This document shows, piece after piece, positions 31,199-41,950 of a stretch of 64,000 bases of DNA (position 1 is the first letter of the stretch; each line of letters opens with the position of its first letter). This stretch comes from an uncultured Chloroflexia bacterium (GTDB lineage: Bacteria; Chloroflexota; UBA6077; JACCZL01): assembly GCA_963765765.1 (NCBI GenBank), contig CAVXYC010000023.1, positions 352,001 to 416,000 of the forward strand. The letters run 5' to 3'. The notes below the pieces were generated by a model. That model had not been told where the DNA came from, did not search any database, and was given only the letters and a program-made list of their open reading frames with translations. The position numbers were made by a program, and so were the translations under genes.

Positions 31199-32674
31199 TC
31201 AAAACATCTCCGCCCGGCCGGCTTCCACAAGCGGATGGATGTGTCCTGGGCCCGCGGCTTCGCCGCAAAGACGCGGGGTTGGGAAGATCTTGCCCGGGTT
31301 TGACAAATGCCGCGGGTCAAAGGCGCATCGGACGCGCTGCATCGTATCGAGATCGTCGTCGCTGAAAAGCTTGGGCATGTGCTTCATCTTATCGACGCCG
31401 ATACCGTGCTCGCCGGTCAGGCTTCCGCCGTGCTCCACGCACGTCAGGAGAATCTTGGTAGCGAGCTCCTCCGCTCGGTCGAGCTCGCCCTCGACCCGAC
31501 CGTCGTAGAGCACGAGTGGATGCAGGTTGCCATCTCCAGCGTGAAAAACGTTTGCCACTCGCATATCGTATTCGGCAGACAGCTCGTCGATGCGGCGGAG
31601 CACGGCTGGCAGCGTTGTGCGAGGGATGACGCCGTCTTGCACGTAATAGCTCGGGCTCATCCGGCCCATCGCCGCGAACGCGGCTTTGCGCCCCTTCCAC
31701 ATCAGCGCGCGTTCAGTTGCATCGGCCGCGCGACGCACTTCCCACGCGCCGTTCGATCGGCAGATCGACTCGATTGAGCCGATGAGCGCCCCCACCTCGG
31801 CCGTTGGGCCATCGAGCTCCACCAGGAGCAGCGCGCCAGCGCTCGTCGGGTACCCGGCATGTGTTGCCTGCTCCACCGCCTGAATGCTCAGGTTGTCCAT
31901 CATCTCCATTGCCGCGGGCAGGATACCGGCGGCGATGATGTCGGAAACGGCTCCACCGGCCTGATCGGTCGTCGCGAATGCACCCATCACGAGCTGCACG
32001 GTCTCCGGCCGGCGCGTGAGGCGAAGCGTCACCTCGGTGACCACTCCCAGAGTGCCCTCGGCGCCAACCATCACGCCCAAAAGATCGAGCCCAGGTGTAT
32101 CCAGCGTAGCGGCGCCCAGATGACTGATCTCGCCGTCGGGCAGCACAACGGTCGCGCCGAGCACGTGATTGGTTGTGAAGCCGTATTTCAGGCAGTGCGC
32201 TCCGCCGCTGTTTTCGGCCACGTTGCCACCCACGCTGCACACTTGCTGACTGGATGGATCCGGCGCGTAGTAATACCCGCGCGGCGCCACGTGCTGGGTG
32301 ACGTGCAGATTGATCACTCCGGGCTCGACCACGATGCGCGCGTTGTCGTAATCCACGGAGATGATTCGATTCATGCGCGCCAGGCTAATGACGATCCCAT
32401 CCTCAACTGGAAGGGCCCCGCCAGAAAGGCCCGTACCGTGCCCTCGGGCGACGAACGGAATGCCATGCTCGTGGCACAGCTTTACAACCCCCTGGACTTG
32501 CGCTGTGGAGCGTGGAAGCACGACGGCCGCGGGCATCACCTGGTAGTTGGTGAGACCATCTGACTCATAGGTGCGTAAGCGCTCGGGCTCGCTCAGCAGG
32601 CCATCAGCGCCCACGATCAGGCGGATGCTCTGCAGGACCTCGGCATTGACGCGCGGGTGTGTGATCGTCATCAT
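31199..32674 (-). CDS. glcD: Glycolate oxidase subunit GlcD
   Basis: ARGHGTGLSGGA, YAPDPSSQ, ENSGGAHCLKYG, FHAGDGNLHP, GEHGIG, NPGKIFP. Confidence 0.93.
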   Translation of the reverse strand: MMTITHPRVNAEVLQSIRLIVGADGLLSEPERLRTYESDGLTNYQVMPAAVVLPRSTAQVQGVVKLCHEHGIPFVARGHGTGLSGGALPVEDGIVISLARMNRIISVDYDNARIVVEPGVINLHVTQHVAPRGYYYAPDPSSQQVCSVGGNVAENSGGAHCLKYGFTTNHVLGATVVLPDGEISHLGAATLDTPGLDLLGVMVGAEGTLGVVTEVTLRLTRRPETVQLVMGAFATTDQAGGAVSDIIAAGILPAAMEMMDNLSIQAVEQATHAGYPTSAGALLLVELDGPTAEVGALIGSIESICRSNGAWEVRRAADATERALMWKGRKAAFAAMGRMSPSYYVQDGVIPRTTLPAVLRRIDELSAEYDMRVANVFHAGDGNLHPLVLYDGRVEGELDRAEELATKILLTCVEHGGSLTGEHGIGVDKMKHMPKLFSDDDLDTMQRVRCAFDPRHLSNPGKIFPTPRLCGEAAGPGHIHPLVEAGRAEMF

Positions 32675-32747
32675 GCGACTCGCTACGATCATACCGTGCA
32701 GTGGTCTGCATCTGTCGCGTATGTGATTTAACGCTCGGAGGTCGATT

Positions 32748-33122
32748 GTGCCAAGCTCGCCATCCGCGGATGACACGCTCGCTGTGGTCAACGCTTTCAA
32801 TACCGCGTTCAACCGGCATGACGTGGATGCCGTCATGGCGCTTATGACGGAGGACTGCGTCTTCGAAACGACGGGTCCTGCTCCGGACGGAAAACGCGCA
32901 GAAGGTCAGGCGGCCGTTCGGGAAGCCTGGGCGGAGTTTTTCGCGGCTTCGCCAACGGACGCGTTCACTGCCGAGGAGATGTTTGCGGTCGACGATCGCT
33001 GTGTGGTGCGCTGGCGGTTCGAATGGAACGCCGCCGACCCGGCCGGTCATGTGCGTGGCGTGGACGTGATTCGTGTCCGCGATGGAAAAGTCTCAGAGAA
33101 GCTGGCGTACGTGAAAGGTTAG
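32748..33122 (+). CDS. SnoaL-like/NTF2 family protein
   Basis: FNRHDVDAVMALMTEDCVF..RGVDVIRVRDGKVSEKLAYVKG. Confidence 0.85.
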   Translation: MPSSPSADDTLAVVNAFNTAFNRHDVDAVMALMTEDCVFETTGPAPDGKRAEGQAAVREAWAEFFAASPTDAFTAEEMFAVDDRCVVRWRFEWNAADPAGHVRGVDVIRVRDGKVSEKLAYVKG

Positions 33123-33176
33123 CGGACCGGAGAGTTAAGCCTACAGACGGCTCCCATCCACCGGTCGTGTCTAGCC

Positions 33177-33713
33177 TTAGTTTCCCCGCACCGCGTACAT
33201 CTCGCGCCGCGCACTATCACGGGCGGCGTCGATGGCACTCAGGACAGACGCGGGGTCGGGGATATCGGTCAACGTAAAAATGTTGGTAGATCCGGCAGTT
33301 TCACAGCGAACGTCCCCATAGTTGAACAACGTATGGAGAATCCCATTCTTGTAGATGGAGAAGTCCTGGAGGTTCACTAGATCGGCGCTTGAAAGATCGT
33401 GATTGAACCAATTCTGTCGCTTTGAGTCGATCAAACGTTGATTGGTCAAAATCCATAGATCGTGCTGGTATTGGTACCAGGCGAAATAGGCAGACACGCC
33501 CCAGCACAGTATCCACGCAATGCCGGCGAGCGTGGCGACCTGCTGCAGAATCGGATCGACCGGAGCAAACGCGCTGATGCTGCCCGCCGCCGCTCCAACA
33601 GGAACGAGCGCCAGAAAAATGATCCCCAGCAAGCGCGGGTAGAGGAACATCCAGTGACGCCGAACCAGCAGCACCGGGTGCTCCCCATCCTGCATGACGA
33701 CTGGCAGATTCAT
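33177..33713 (-). CDS. Bacterial PH-domain membrane protein
   Basis: E...VRRHW, two TMs, LTNQRLI, LFNYGDV..ETAG, IPDP. Confidence 0.8.
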   Translation of the reverse strand: MNLPVVMQDGEHPVLLVRRHWMFLYPRLLGIIFLALVPVGAAAGSISAFAPVDPILQQVATLAGIAWILCWGVSAYFAWYQYQHDLWILTNQRLIDSKRQNWFNHDLSSADLVNLQDFSIYKNGILHTLFNYGDVRCETAGSTNIFTLTDIPDPASVLSAIDAARDSARREMYAVRGN

Positions 33714-33903
33714 GTGCCGCTACCTCCGCTCCCTTGAAGTATCGACCCGTCTGATACGCGAGAAGAGTGTAGTGCGAAGTGACTTGCGGAAGTCGTAATT
33801 CAATGCAAGCTGCATAAATGAAATTAGAATTGATGGGCCGGCTGCCATAATGTGACGGCTCTCTAATTCCGACGCTCTTCGTCGACCCCCATCCGCGGAG
33901 TCA

Positions 33904-35718
33904 ATGACCTTCCCTCAGAAATCGGTAGATTCTTTCCAGGACGAGCGAGAACAGCAGGCGCTTCGTTACCGCTTGCTGATGGATCGCACGCAGGACCTCA
34001 TCCTGTTCATGCGAATGGACGGTCAGATCGTTGAGGCCAATGCCGCGGCTGTGGCGACGTACGGTTACGACCACGAAACGCTGCGGCGGCTGAATATTCG
34101 TGACCTGCGTGACGCAACAACAACTCCGGCCGTACCGGGCCAGATGGCCACAGCGAATAGCGACGGAATTCTGTTTGAGACGCGCCATCGCCGAGCGGAT
34201 GGGACGTCCTTTCCCGTTGAAGTGAGCTCCATTGGCGCCGACCTCGATGGCGAGCGTCTGCTGATCAGTGTGATTCGCGATTGCACTGTCCGATATGAGG
34301 CAAAGCAGAAGCTCGAGGAAAGTGAACAGCTCCTCGATCGGGCGATGGTCGCGGGCGGTATGTTCGCCTTCACCTGGGTGATCGAGTCAGGTCAGATCGA
34401 CCGGACCGAAAGCGGGGCGCTGGTATTGGGTGGCGATGTACCGCAAGCAGACACCTGGAATCGATACATCAGCTCCGTTCATGCCGCTGATCGCGAACAT
34501 TATCAGGAGCTGTTCCTTGGTCTATCGCCAACAATGGCGTCGTATAGCACGCTATACCGATACGTCCGACGCGATGGAACGATTGCTGTCATCGAGGAAA
34601 GCGGTGCAGGCGAGTTCGACGATCAGGATGAGCTTGTGCGAGTGCGCGGTCTGGCCGCCGATGTAACGGAACGGCGCCGCAGCGAGTCAGAGCGCCGCCA
34701 GCTCACCGAGCTGCTCGCCCAGACGAGTGAGCCCATCTTCGTATGGGAGCTTGACGGTGTCATCACGTCCTGGAACGCTGGCGCGGAGGCGTTATACGGG
34801 TACACCCCCGATGAGGCATTGGGTCAGTCGGCACACAGTCTGCTGCGCACCATTCATCCAATTCCGTGGCAGGAGATCCGCACCACGCTGGAAGCCGAAG
34901 GGCAATGGCTCGGCGCGCTGATTCACCACACCCGAGATGGGCGTCAGGTCACCGTAGAGAGCCGGAAAAAACTCGCGGTGATCGACGGTCAGCGACTTGT
35001 GATGGAGTCCAACCGCGACATTACCGAACAAAAGCGCCTGGAGCGCATGCAGCGCGAGTTTATCGCGCTAGCGGCCCACGAGCTGAAAACGCCGCTCACA
35101 TCGCTGAAGGGCTTTGCGCAGCTTCTCCAACGGGGCGTGCATACTGAATCGTCACTGGAGACGATCGTCAAGCAGGTCAATCGACTCGACCGGCTCGTAA
35201 GCGACCTGCTCGATATCTCACGATTGGACACCGGTCGGCTGGAGCTTCGACGAGGCGAGCTGGATCTTGTTCCGCTCCTGGACCAGCTTGTCAACGAAGC
35301 CCAGGCATCCACCGATATTCACCGCTTAGCCTTGATGCACCGATCAGAGCCCGTGCTGGGTGAGTGGGACGAGGACAGATTGACGCAGGCCTTCCAGAAC
35401 CTGCTGTCCAATGCGATCAAGTACTCCCCCGATGGAGGGCCGATCGAAGTTACCATTCGTCCGGGGGATCACGAGGTGGTCGTGAGCATCCGCGATCATG
35501 GCCTCGGAGTGAGCGCCGACGACCTGCCCCGAATCTTCCAGCGATTTCAACGGCTCGACGCGGCCAAGGACGCCGCTGGCGGTCTGGGTCTGGGGCTTTC
35601 CATCACCCACGCGCTGGTCGCGGCTCACGGTGGCCGAGTTTGGGCGGAGAGCTCGGGCGAGGGTCACGGAACGACGTTCCTGGTCGCACTCCCGACGCTG
35701 AATGAAGGAGCCGCCTAA
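33904..35718 (+). CDS. PAS-domain sensor histidine kinase
   Basis: Three PAS-like repeats, AHELKTPLT, NLLSNAIKYS, DHGLG, GLGLGL. Confidence 0.93.
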   Translation: MTFPQKSVDSFQDEREQQALRYRLLMDRTQDLILFMRMDGQIVEANAAAVATYGYDHETLRRLNIRDLRDATTTPAVPGQMATANSDGILFETRHRRADGTSFPVEVSSIGADLDGERLLISVIRDCTVRYEAKQKLEESEQLLDRAMVAGGMFAFTWVIESGQIDRTESGALVLGGDVPQADTWNRYISSVHAADREHYQELFLGLSPTMASYSTLYRYVRRDGTIAVIEESGAGEFDDQDELVRVRGLAADVTERRRSESERRQLTELLAQTSEPIFVWELDGVITSWNAGAEALYGYTPDEALGQSAHSLLRTIHPIPWQEIRTTLEAEGQWLGALIHHTRDGRQVTVESRKKLAVIDGQRLVMESNRDITEQKRLERMQREFIALAAHELKTPLTSLKGFAQLLQRGVHTESSLETIVKQVNRLDRLVSDLLDISRLDTGRLELRRGELDLVPLLDQLVNEAQASTDIHRLALMHRSEPVLGEWDEDRLTQAFQNLLSNAIKYSPDGGPIEVTIRPGDHEVVVSIRDHGLGVSADDLPRIFQRFQRLDAAKDAAGGLGLGLSITHALVAAHGGRVWAESSGEGHGTTFLVALPTLNEGAA

Positions 35719-35799
35719 GAGCGTCCTCCCGATCGTTGGTTCGGTTTCCCGCTGTGATGAGATTGTGCTATCCTAGCGCGCACTGTAGGCGGGTGGAAA

Positions 35800-36905
35800 A
35801 TGCGGCGAGGCGGGACACCCCGAATCCGGGTCGAGGTATTGTCCCGAGCTGCCGTGGTACTGACGCTCCTCCTGCTGCTTCTTCCAACGCCCCGTGGCAC
35901 CGCCGACGAGCTCCAAGTAGCGGTCGACCCGGCGACGGATTCAGTCACTCCCGCCGCGTCGGTCGGAATTACCTGTCTTTCGGCCGCTCAAATTTCGTTT
36001 TATCCGCCAGCTCCGCAGCCGGAGCGCGTCGTTCGGATCGATGTCCTCGCGCCATTTTGGTCCGCGCAGGTTATGCTCTTGAGCTCACTTCCTCTGTACT
36101 TTGAGAGTGAGCTCCAGGAATGGAACGGGTATCGGTGGAGCTGGTTCACCTGGTCTGCCGAGCCAGGGCGAGCTCGAATTTACGTTCCTCGATTCGGTGC
36201 GCTCCGAATGCGCCACGGCCAGGCTCTTCATTGGGCAGACTCCTGACATGGTCGTCGATGACACGGTCCCGGCCGATGGCATCGGAGCGGTCAGCCCGGC
36301 CGATAGCATCGGACCGGTCAGCACAGAGCCTTACAAGCCGACAGCGACGCGGACCCCGCGCGCGGCCTCTTCGAACGGCTCTAATGATTCTGATGATAAT
36401 GACAATACGTCTACCACCTCGGGGCGTGATCCGACGGCAACACGCACACCGTCACCGACCCGCACGGCATCACCTACTCGAACACCATCGCCTACGCGAA
36501 CATCGTCGCCCCCTCGAATCAACGGGCTCGAGGACCTCGTTTGCCAGCCAACCGCCCGAGCCCACCGAAACACGCACGCCGTCCCCCACACGGACATCAT
36601 CCCCCACGCGCACGCCCTCGCCGAGGGCTACGGACACCCCGCAACCGAACGTTATAAGCACGGACCCAGTCTCGGCCATCTGTGGCAACACGCTGACCAT
36701 CAAAGGCCGGGGATTCGGAGCCAGCCGAGTCGCCGTTGATGGCAAGGTCACCTTGGCTGCCCGCGAGGTATCTGCCTATGAGAGCTGGAGTGACACAGAG
36801 ATCCGTGTGGTTGTTTCGCCCAACACGCCGCCTGCTGCAGAACAGCGGTTGGAGGTAACCACGCGCGGCGGAGGGGACGGGCTGGGCATCAGGGTTTCCT
36901 GCTAG
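35800..36905 (+). CDS. Exported protein with TPSPTR repeats and C-terminal IPT/TIG-like domain, frameshifted
   Basis: Signal peptide, (TPSPTR)n linker, LTIKGRGFG..SWSDTEIRVVV. Confidence 0.6.
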
Positions 36906-37035
36906 GGCTTCAAAAACTGGAACGCAGACATAGAGGAAGCTTTCTCTGTCCTTTGCGTCCCTCAGATCCCTTCTCCAACCGCCGATGGTAGAATCCGGCC
37001 CGCGCCGGGCCACCCGGCGGAGGAGCTTTCATCCC

Positions 37036-37974
37036 ATGGAATATCGCCAGCTCGGATCGTCCGGCCTCAAAGTTTCCATGATCGGCCTGGGGTCCAACAC
37101 CTTTGGTGCGACCGCCGAGGAAGCCGGATCAATCGAAGTCATCAACACGGCCATTGAGCACGGCGTCAACTTTATCGATACCGCCGACGTGTACTCCTTC
37201 GGAACGTCCGAGGAGTACGTCGGCAAAGCGATCAAGGGCAAACGGCATGGCCTGGTGATCGGCACCAAGGTCGGCATCACCATGAGTGACAAGCCGAACG
37301 ACGCCGGCCTCTCACGTGGGCACATCATGAGCAGCGTGGAAGCATCGCTTAAGCGACTGGGCACGGACTACATCGATCTCTACCAGGCGCACACGTTCGA
37401 TGCGGCCACGCCGCTTGAAGAGACGCTGCGGACGTTCGACGATCTCGTGCGACAGGGGAAAGTGCGCTACATCGGCTGCTCCAACTGGACGGCCTGGCAG
37501 CTTGCCTGGGGTCTGGGTGTTCAGAAGAGCAACGACCTGGCGCCGTGGGTCAGCGTGCAGCCTGAGTGGAACTTCGTAAACGGGCTCCAGGATCCGCATC
37601 TGCAGCCGGCCTGCCGAGAATTTGGCGTGGGGATCATTCCTTACATGCCGCTCGCCGCTGGAGCGCTCACCGGGAAGTACACACGTGGCGAAGCTCCGCC
37701 GCCCGGCACGCGCCTGGCCGATAGACCTCGCACGCGCCGAATTCTTGGCGATCGCCTTTTTGACCTGATCGAGGTTGTGACGCCATGGGCGGAAGCGCGC
37801 GGCCACACGCTTCCCGAGCTAGCCATAGCCTGGCTGATCGCCCAACCTGAGGTGAGTACCGTCATCGTGGGCGCCCGGCGGGCACCGCAGGTGGTCGAAA
37901 ATCTCAAGGCCGCCGACTGGATTCTTACCTCTGAAGAGCGTGACGAGGTGACGGCGCTAGTGGATAGCGTCTGA
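37036..37974 (+). CDS. Aldo/keto reductase
   Basis: MEYRQLGSSGLKVS, DTADVY, SLKRLGTDYIDLYQ, GKVRYIGCSN. Confidence 0.93.
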   Translation: MEYRQLGSSGLKVSMIGLGSNTFGATAEEAGSIEVINTAIEHGVNFIDTADVYSFGTSEEYVGKAIKGKRHGLVIGTKVGITMSDKPNDAGLSRGHIMSSVEASLKRLGTDYIDLYQAHTFDAATPLEETLRTFDDLVRQGKVRYIGCSNWTAWQLAWGLGVQKSNDLAPWVSVQPEWNFVNGLQDPHLQPACREFGVGIIPYMPLAAGALTGKYTRGEAPPPGTRLADRPRTRRILGDRLFDLIEVVTPWAEARGHTLPELAIAWLIAQPEVSTVIVGARRAPQVVENLKAADWILTSEERDEVTALVDSV

Positions 37975-38209
37975 GCCACCAGCCTGGCGTAGCTGTAAGT
38001 GTCCGGAGCCTTTAGAAGAATCCGTAGCCGCGAGCATCCTGCCCGCACGCGGGGCGCTGCCCCTGGCTCAATGCCGCGCTACGCGACCGGGCTAGAAGCT
38101 CGTCGCTACGGGAGACTTCGAAGTTCGCCAATAGCTAGAGATCCCGATCGGGACAGACGGACCGGCCGCGGTCCCGCGGCCTCGGCACCTGCAGTGGTCG
38201 AAGGAAGAA

Positions 38210-39565
38210 TTAGCGCGAGCGGAAATCGCTCGCGAGGTTGGCGATGTCCGATTCGTCTTCGAGTCGCTGAACGCGCTTGATCACGTCTTCTATCCGCCCA
38301 GTGGTCAGTAGCCCGTTGGCATAGCGGCGGAATTTCTCCGCCATCTCGTCAAAGGTGTACGGGTTGGTAGGGCGCGCCCTTCCAATCCTTCACCTGCATG
38401 GAGTAGGTCGAGCCATCCAGCATTAGGGTAATCTCCGCGACCGGCTGGCCAGGCTTGCCAAATTGGTCAGTGTGCTCGTCGAGCTCGATCATCTGCGCGA
38501 GCCGGGTCACGTCAGGATCCTGGAGATCGAGATTTACCCAGACACGCGGATCGGAAGCATCGTGGCACAGAGCCAGTCCGGCTGACCAGGGCAGGCTATA
38601 TTGTGCGCCCATGTGAGTGGTCGGCTGGCGGTCTGAGTGACGACCTTCCATCATGCGACTCGCACTGGCGACCTTCAGCTCTTTGATGTCCTCCGTGCGA
38701 ATGCGACGGGCACGTCGGAACGCGGTAAGTCCATCGATCACGGCGTGGAATGAGATGTGGCACGGGTAGGCCTTGAGGACCATCTGGGAAAGCTCCCAGC
38801 GCTCGCCCAGGGCATCGAGCAATCGCTCAGGCTTCGGAGACGGTGAATAAGCGTGGAGGAATCCATGACTCCCCTCGAGCACCGTGGACGGCCCGGTAAA
38901 GCCGCGTTGCGCCAGAAGCGCGCACTCCACGCCCATCTGGGCCCCTCGGCCGAGGTGCAAGCGCTTGGTCATGGCGCCCTCGCGGAAGAACTCCACCAGT
39001 CCACCGCCGTGCGAGCCGGCAATGCCGAGCGCGTGCAGTATGGTGTCCGCATCCATCTTCAGCAGCATGCCGGTGGCTGCCGCCGCGCCGAACGCCGCGT
39101 TGGTGCCTGGACCGTGAAACCCCCGCTCGTCCTCAACCGCACGCGTCGCGGCCAGACCGATTCGGCACAGGATCTCGTAGCCTGTGGCCACCGCGGTCAG
39201 GAATGACCGGCCGTCCGCGTGCTCACGCTCTGCAATAGCCAGCGCTGCAGGAAAGACGGCTCCGCTGGGATGGCATGAGCCGGGGTAAACGGGTGGTCAA
39301 CCTCGAAACCTCCAACGGCGACGCCATTGACCAGCGCGGCGTAGGCCGGCGAGGTCGTCCAGCTTCGACCGAAGACCGTGCAAGGCCCGATGGATGTCTC
39401 CTGCGCCAGGTCGGCCACCATGTCTGACCATGGTGTGCGCGCACCCGCGCAGCCGGCAGCAAGGTCATCGAGGATGTAGATGCGCACGGACTCAATAACA
39501 TCGGCGGGGAGATCGGCGTATGTCGTCTCAGCGGCAAATTTGGCCAGGCGGCGTGACTCGTCCAT
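38210..39565 (-). CDS. MmgE/PrpD family protein, frameshifted
   Basis: AALVNG, GYEI..R, RGFH, KRLHLG, GFTGP, KAYPC, AQYSLP. Confidence 0.88.
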
Positions 39566-39674
39566 GCGGCGCATTATACGCGCGGCATACGAGGTCTGAA
39601 GCGGTTCACGTATTGCTGGGCGCCTATGATCTTCTCTGCTACGATCCTCGCAATCTGCGCGAGGAGCCTGACCC

Positions 39675-40775
39675 GTGGCACAGCGCGTAACGATATCTCG
39701 GGCTTTCTTTCAACGTGTCGCCGCCGGAGCCGCCGCGCTCTTGCTGACCGCCTGTAGCTCGCCCGCCGGGCCGGTCGCTAAGTCTGCCGCGCCTGCGTCT
39801 GACCCCGGCTCGAGCAAAATGCAGGAGTACTACGAGAAAGCCAGGGCCTCAGGCGACCTGAGGGTGACCCTCTATAGCGCCGGGCCCGAGTATCGGCCTA
39901 TCTTTGATCTCTTCCAGGAACGATATCCGGGAACGCAGGTCGAGGGTGTGCTCGTGCGCGGCCCTGAGATGATCCAGCGGTTCCAGGCCGAGGCCACCAG
40001 CGGTCGACGCATTGCCAACGTGGCCGCGACGGGCGCCACCACAATGTCCACCCTGGAGCAGCAGGGGCTCTTTGCCGAGTGGGAGGGCCCGCCAAACGCG
40101 GCGGACCTTCCAGAGATTCCTCTTACCTCGGGGAAAGCGCGATGGCCCTATGCGCAGAATGCTCACGGCTTCGTCGTAAACACGGAACAGATACCCGAAA
40201 ACCGCATCCCGACAACTCGCCAGGACGTACTGGACCCATTCTTCAAGCCCAAGGGCAAGCTGTTGGTGGACGATCCCCGCGGCGGCGGTCCCAGCATCGA
40301 GTTTTTTACCTACACCTACGATCAGCTCGGCCAGGCGTGGATGGATTCCTTGAAAGGCCAGGACATCACCTGGACCCGCGAGCGTGACGGTGCGCCGAGT
40401 CAGGTCGCGCGCGGAGAGTACGCGATGTTCTTTCCGGCCGCCATTACCGTCGCGGAGCTGGATCTCCAGCGCGGCGCGCCACTCAAGGCCGGCTGGTTCC
40501 GAGATGGCGGCGCCATGATCGTCTCGCTCAATCTGGGAGTGGTGAAAGACGCACCGGGGCAGGATGTGGCCAAGCTCTTCGTGAGCTGGATCACCGGACC
40601 AGAGGGTCAGAAAGCGATTGCTGAGAAGTTACAGACCTACCCCGCATTGCCCAGCGCTCCCTCACCTGCGGGCTACCCTTCGCTTCAGGACATCAACCCG
40701 AGTCACCGTTCTGCGGATCAGATCCGCAGGAACAACGAGTACATTCAGCTTTTCGACGGAATGTTTTTCAAATAA
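39675..40775 (+). CDS. ABC transporter extracellular solute-binding lipoprotein (Fe3+/family 1-like)
   Basis: Lipobox LTAC, FQERYPG, AKLFVSWITGPEGQ. Confidence 0.8.
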   Translation: MAQRVTISRAFFQRVAAGAAALLLTACSSPAGPVAKSAAPASDPGSSKMQEYYEKARASGDLRVTLYSAGPEYRPIFDLFQERYPGTQVEGVLVRGPEMIQRFQAEATSGRRIANVAATGATTMSTLEQQGLFAEWEGPPNAADLPEIPLTSGKARWPYAQNAHGFVVNTEQIPENRIPTTRQDVLDPFFKPKGKLLVDDPRGGGPSIEFFTYTYDQLGQAWMDSLKGQDITWTRERDGAPSQVARGEYAMFFPAAITVAELDLQRGAPLKAGWFRDGGAMIVSLNLGVVKDAPGQDVAKLFVSWITGPEGQKAIAEKLQTYPALPSAPSPAGYPSLQDINPSHRSADQIRRNNEYIQLFDGMFFK

Positions 40776-40866
40776 TCGAATAGGACGCCGGTGCCAGATT
40801 GCAGGACCTGAGACCGGTGCGATCGCCAGCCATATCCTGATACCCTCCGCTGCTGGAGGACCCTTC

Positions 40867-41889
40867 ATGACAGCATTTCAAGCGATTGACGCGGATGGCC
40901 ATGTCCTGGACAATCGCGACCTGATCATCGCTCGCCTACCTAAGGCGATGCGTGAGCGCGAATGGGCATTTGTGCCGCGCAATACCTGGGACTCGACGCT
41001 GGGCGGCAAGCTTGGTCAGCATGAGGTCAATGCGCCGGAATGGTTGGCCGCCATGGACGAGGGCCCCATGGAGCAGGCCGTGCTCTTTCCAACGCGGCTG
41101 CTCAATATCGGCTGCGTCCAGGAGCGCGAGCTGGCGGGGGCTCTGTGCCAGGCTTATAACAGCTACCTCTTCGATGAATATCTGAAGTTCAGCCCACGCT
41201 TCAAGGGCGTGGCCGTGCTACCCATGCAGGACATTGAGGCCGCGGTCGTGGAGCTGCGACGTGCCGTCACCGAGCTCGGGATGGTCACCGCTATGCTTCC
41301 CACAAGCGGAACACCCGGACGTCCACTCTTTGGCCACCCGATGTACGATCCGCTTTTCGAGGAAGCGCAGCGCCTCGGCGTGCCGCTGGCCTTGCACGCA
41401 AACGTAACCAACCCGCACGGGCCGGAGATTGATCCCTTCGAGCGGATGATCGAATCGCACACGGTCGTGCATCCGTTCGGGCAGATGCGCCAGCTCACCA
41501 GCATGATCTGGGGTGGCGTCTTCGAGCGCTTCCCGCGCTTGACATTCGCGAGCCTTGAGGCGGGCGCCACGTGGGTACCGTTCTTCATGGATCGGATCGA
41601 CGAGGAGGGCGAGAAGCGCGCATCCGTGGAGGCTCCGAACGTTCCCGATGATCCGAGTCGCTACTTCAAGGAAGGACGCATCTACGTCCACTTTGAAGCG
41701 GGCGAAGGGTTGATCCCCGAAACGCTGCAATACGCGGGTGAGGACTGGTTCGTCTACGCCTCGGATTTTCCCCACTGGGACCACGAGTATCCGCGCTCTC
41801 TCCAGAAGATGCGCGACCATCCTCGGCTGAGCGAAGAAACGAAGGTCAAGATCCTGCGAGAGAACGCTAAGCGGCTGTTCAAGCTATAG
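40867..41889 (+). CDS. Amidohydrolase family 2 protein
   Basis: IDADGH, LEAGATWVP, YASDFPHWD, ENAKRLF. Confidence 0.9.
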   Translation: MTAFQAIDADGHVLDNRDLIIARLPKAMREREWAFVPRNTWDSTLGGKLGQHEVNAPEWLAAMDEGPMEQAVLFPTRLLNIGCVQERELAGALCQAYNSYLFDEYLKFSPRFKGVAVLPMQDIEAAVVELRRAVTELGMVTAMLPTSGTPGRPLFGHPMYDPLFEEAQRLGVPLALHANVTNPHGPEIDPFERMIESHTVVHPFGQMRQLTSMIWGGVFERFPRLTFASLEAGATWVPFFMDRIDEEGEKRASVEAPNVPDDPSRYFKEGRIYVHFEAGEGLIPETLQYAGEDWFVYASDFPHWDHEYPRSLQKMRDHPRLSEETKVKILRENAKRLFKL

Positions 41890-41950
41890 CCTAGTTCTCA
41901 TCGTGGTAGCATCCCTCCCGCCGTGATGCTCTTCCACGGCGGGAGAACCT

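Noticed and set aside
36430-36640. 18-bp periodic DNA repeat
   Set aside because: Explained by the coding TPSPTR linker
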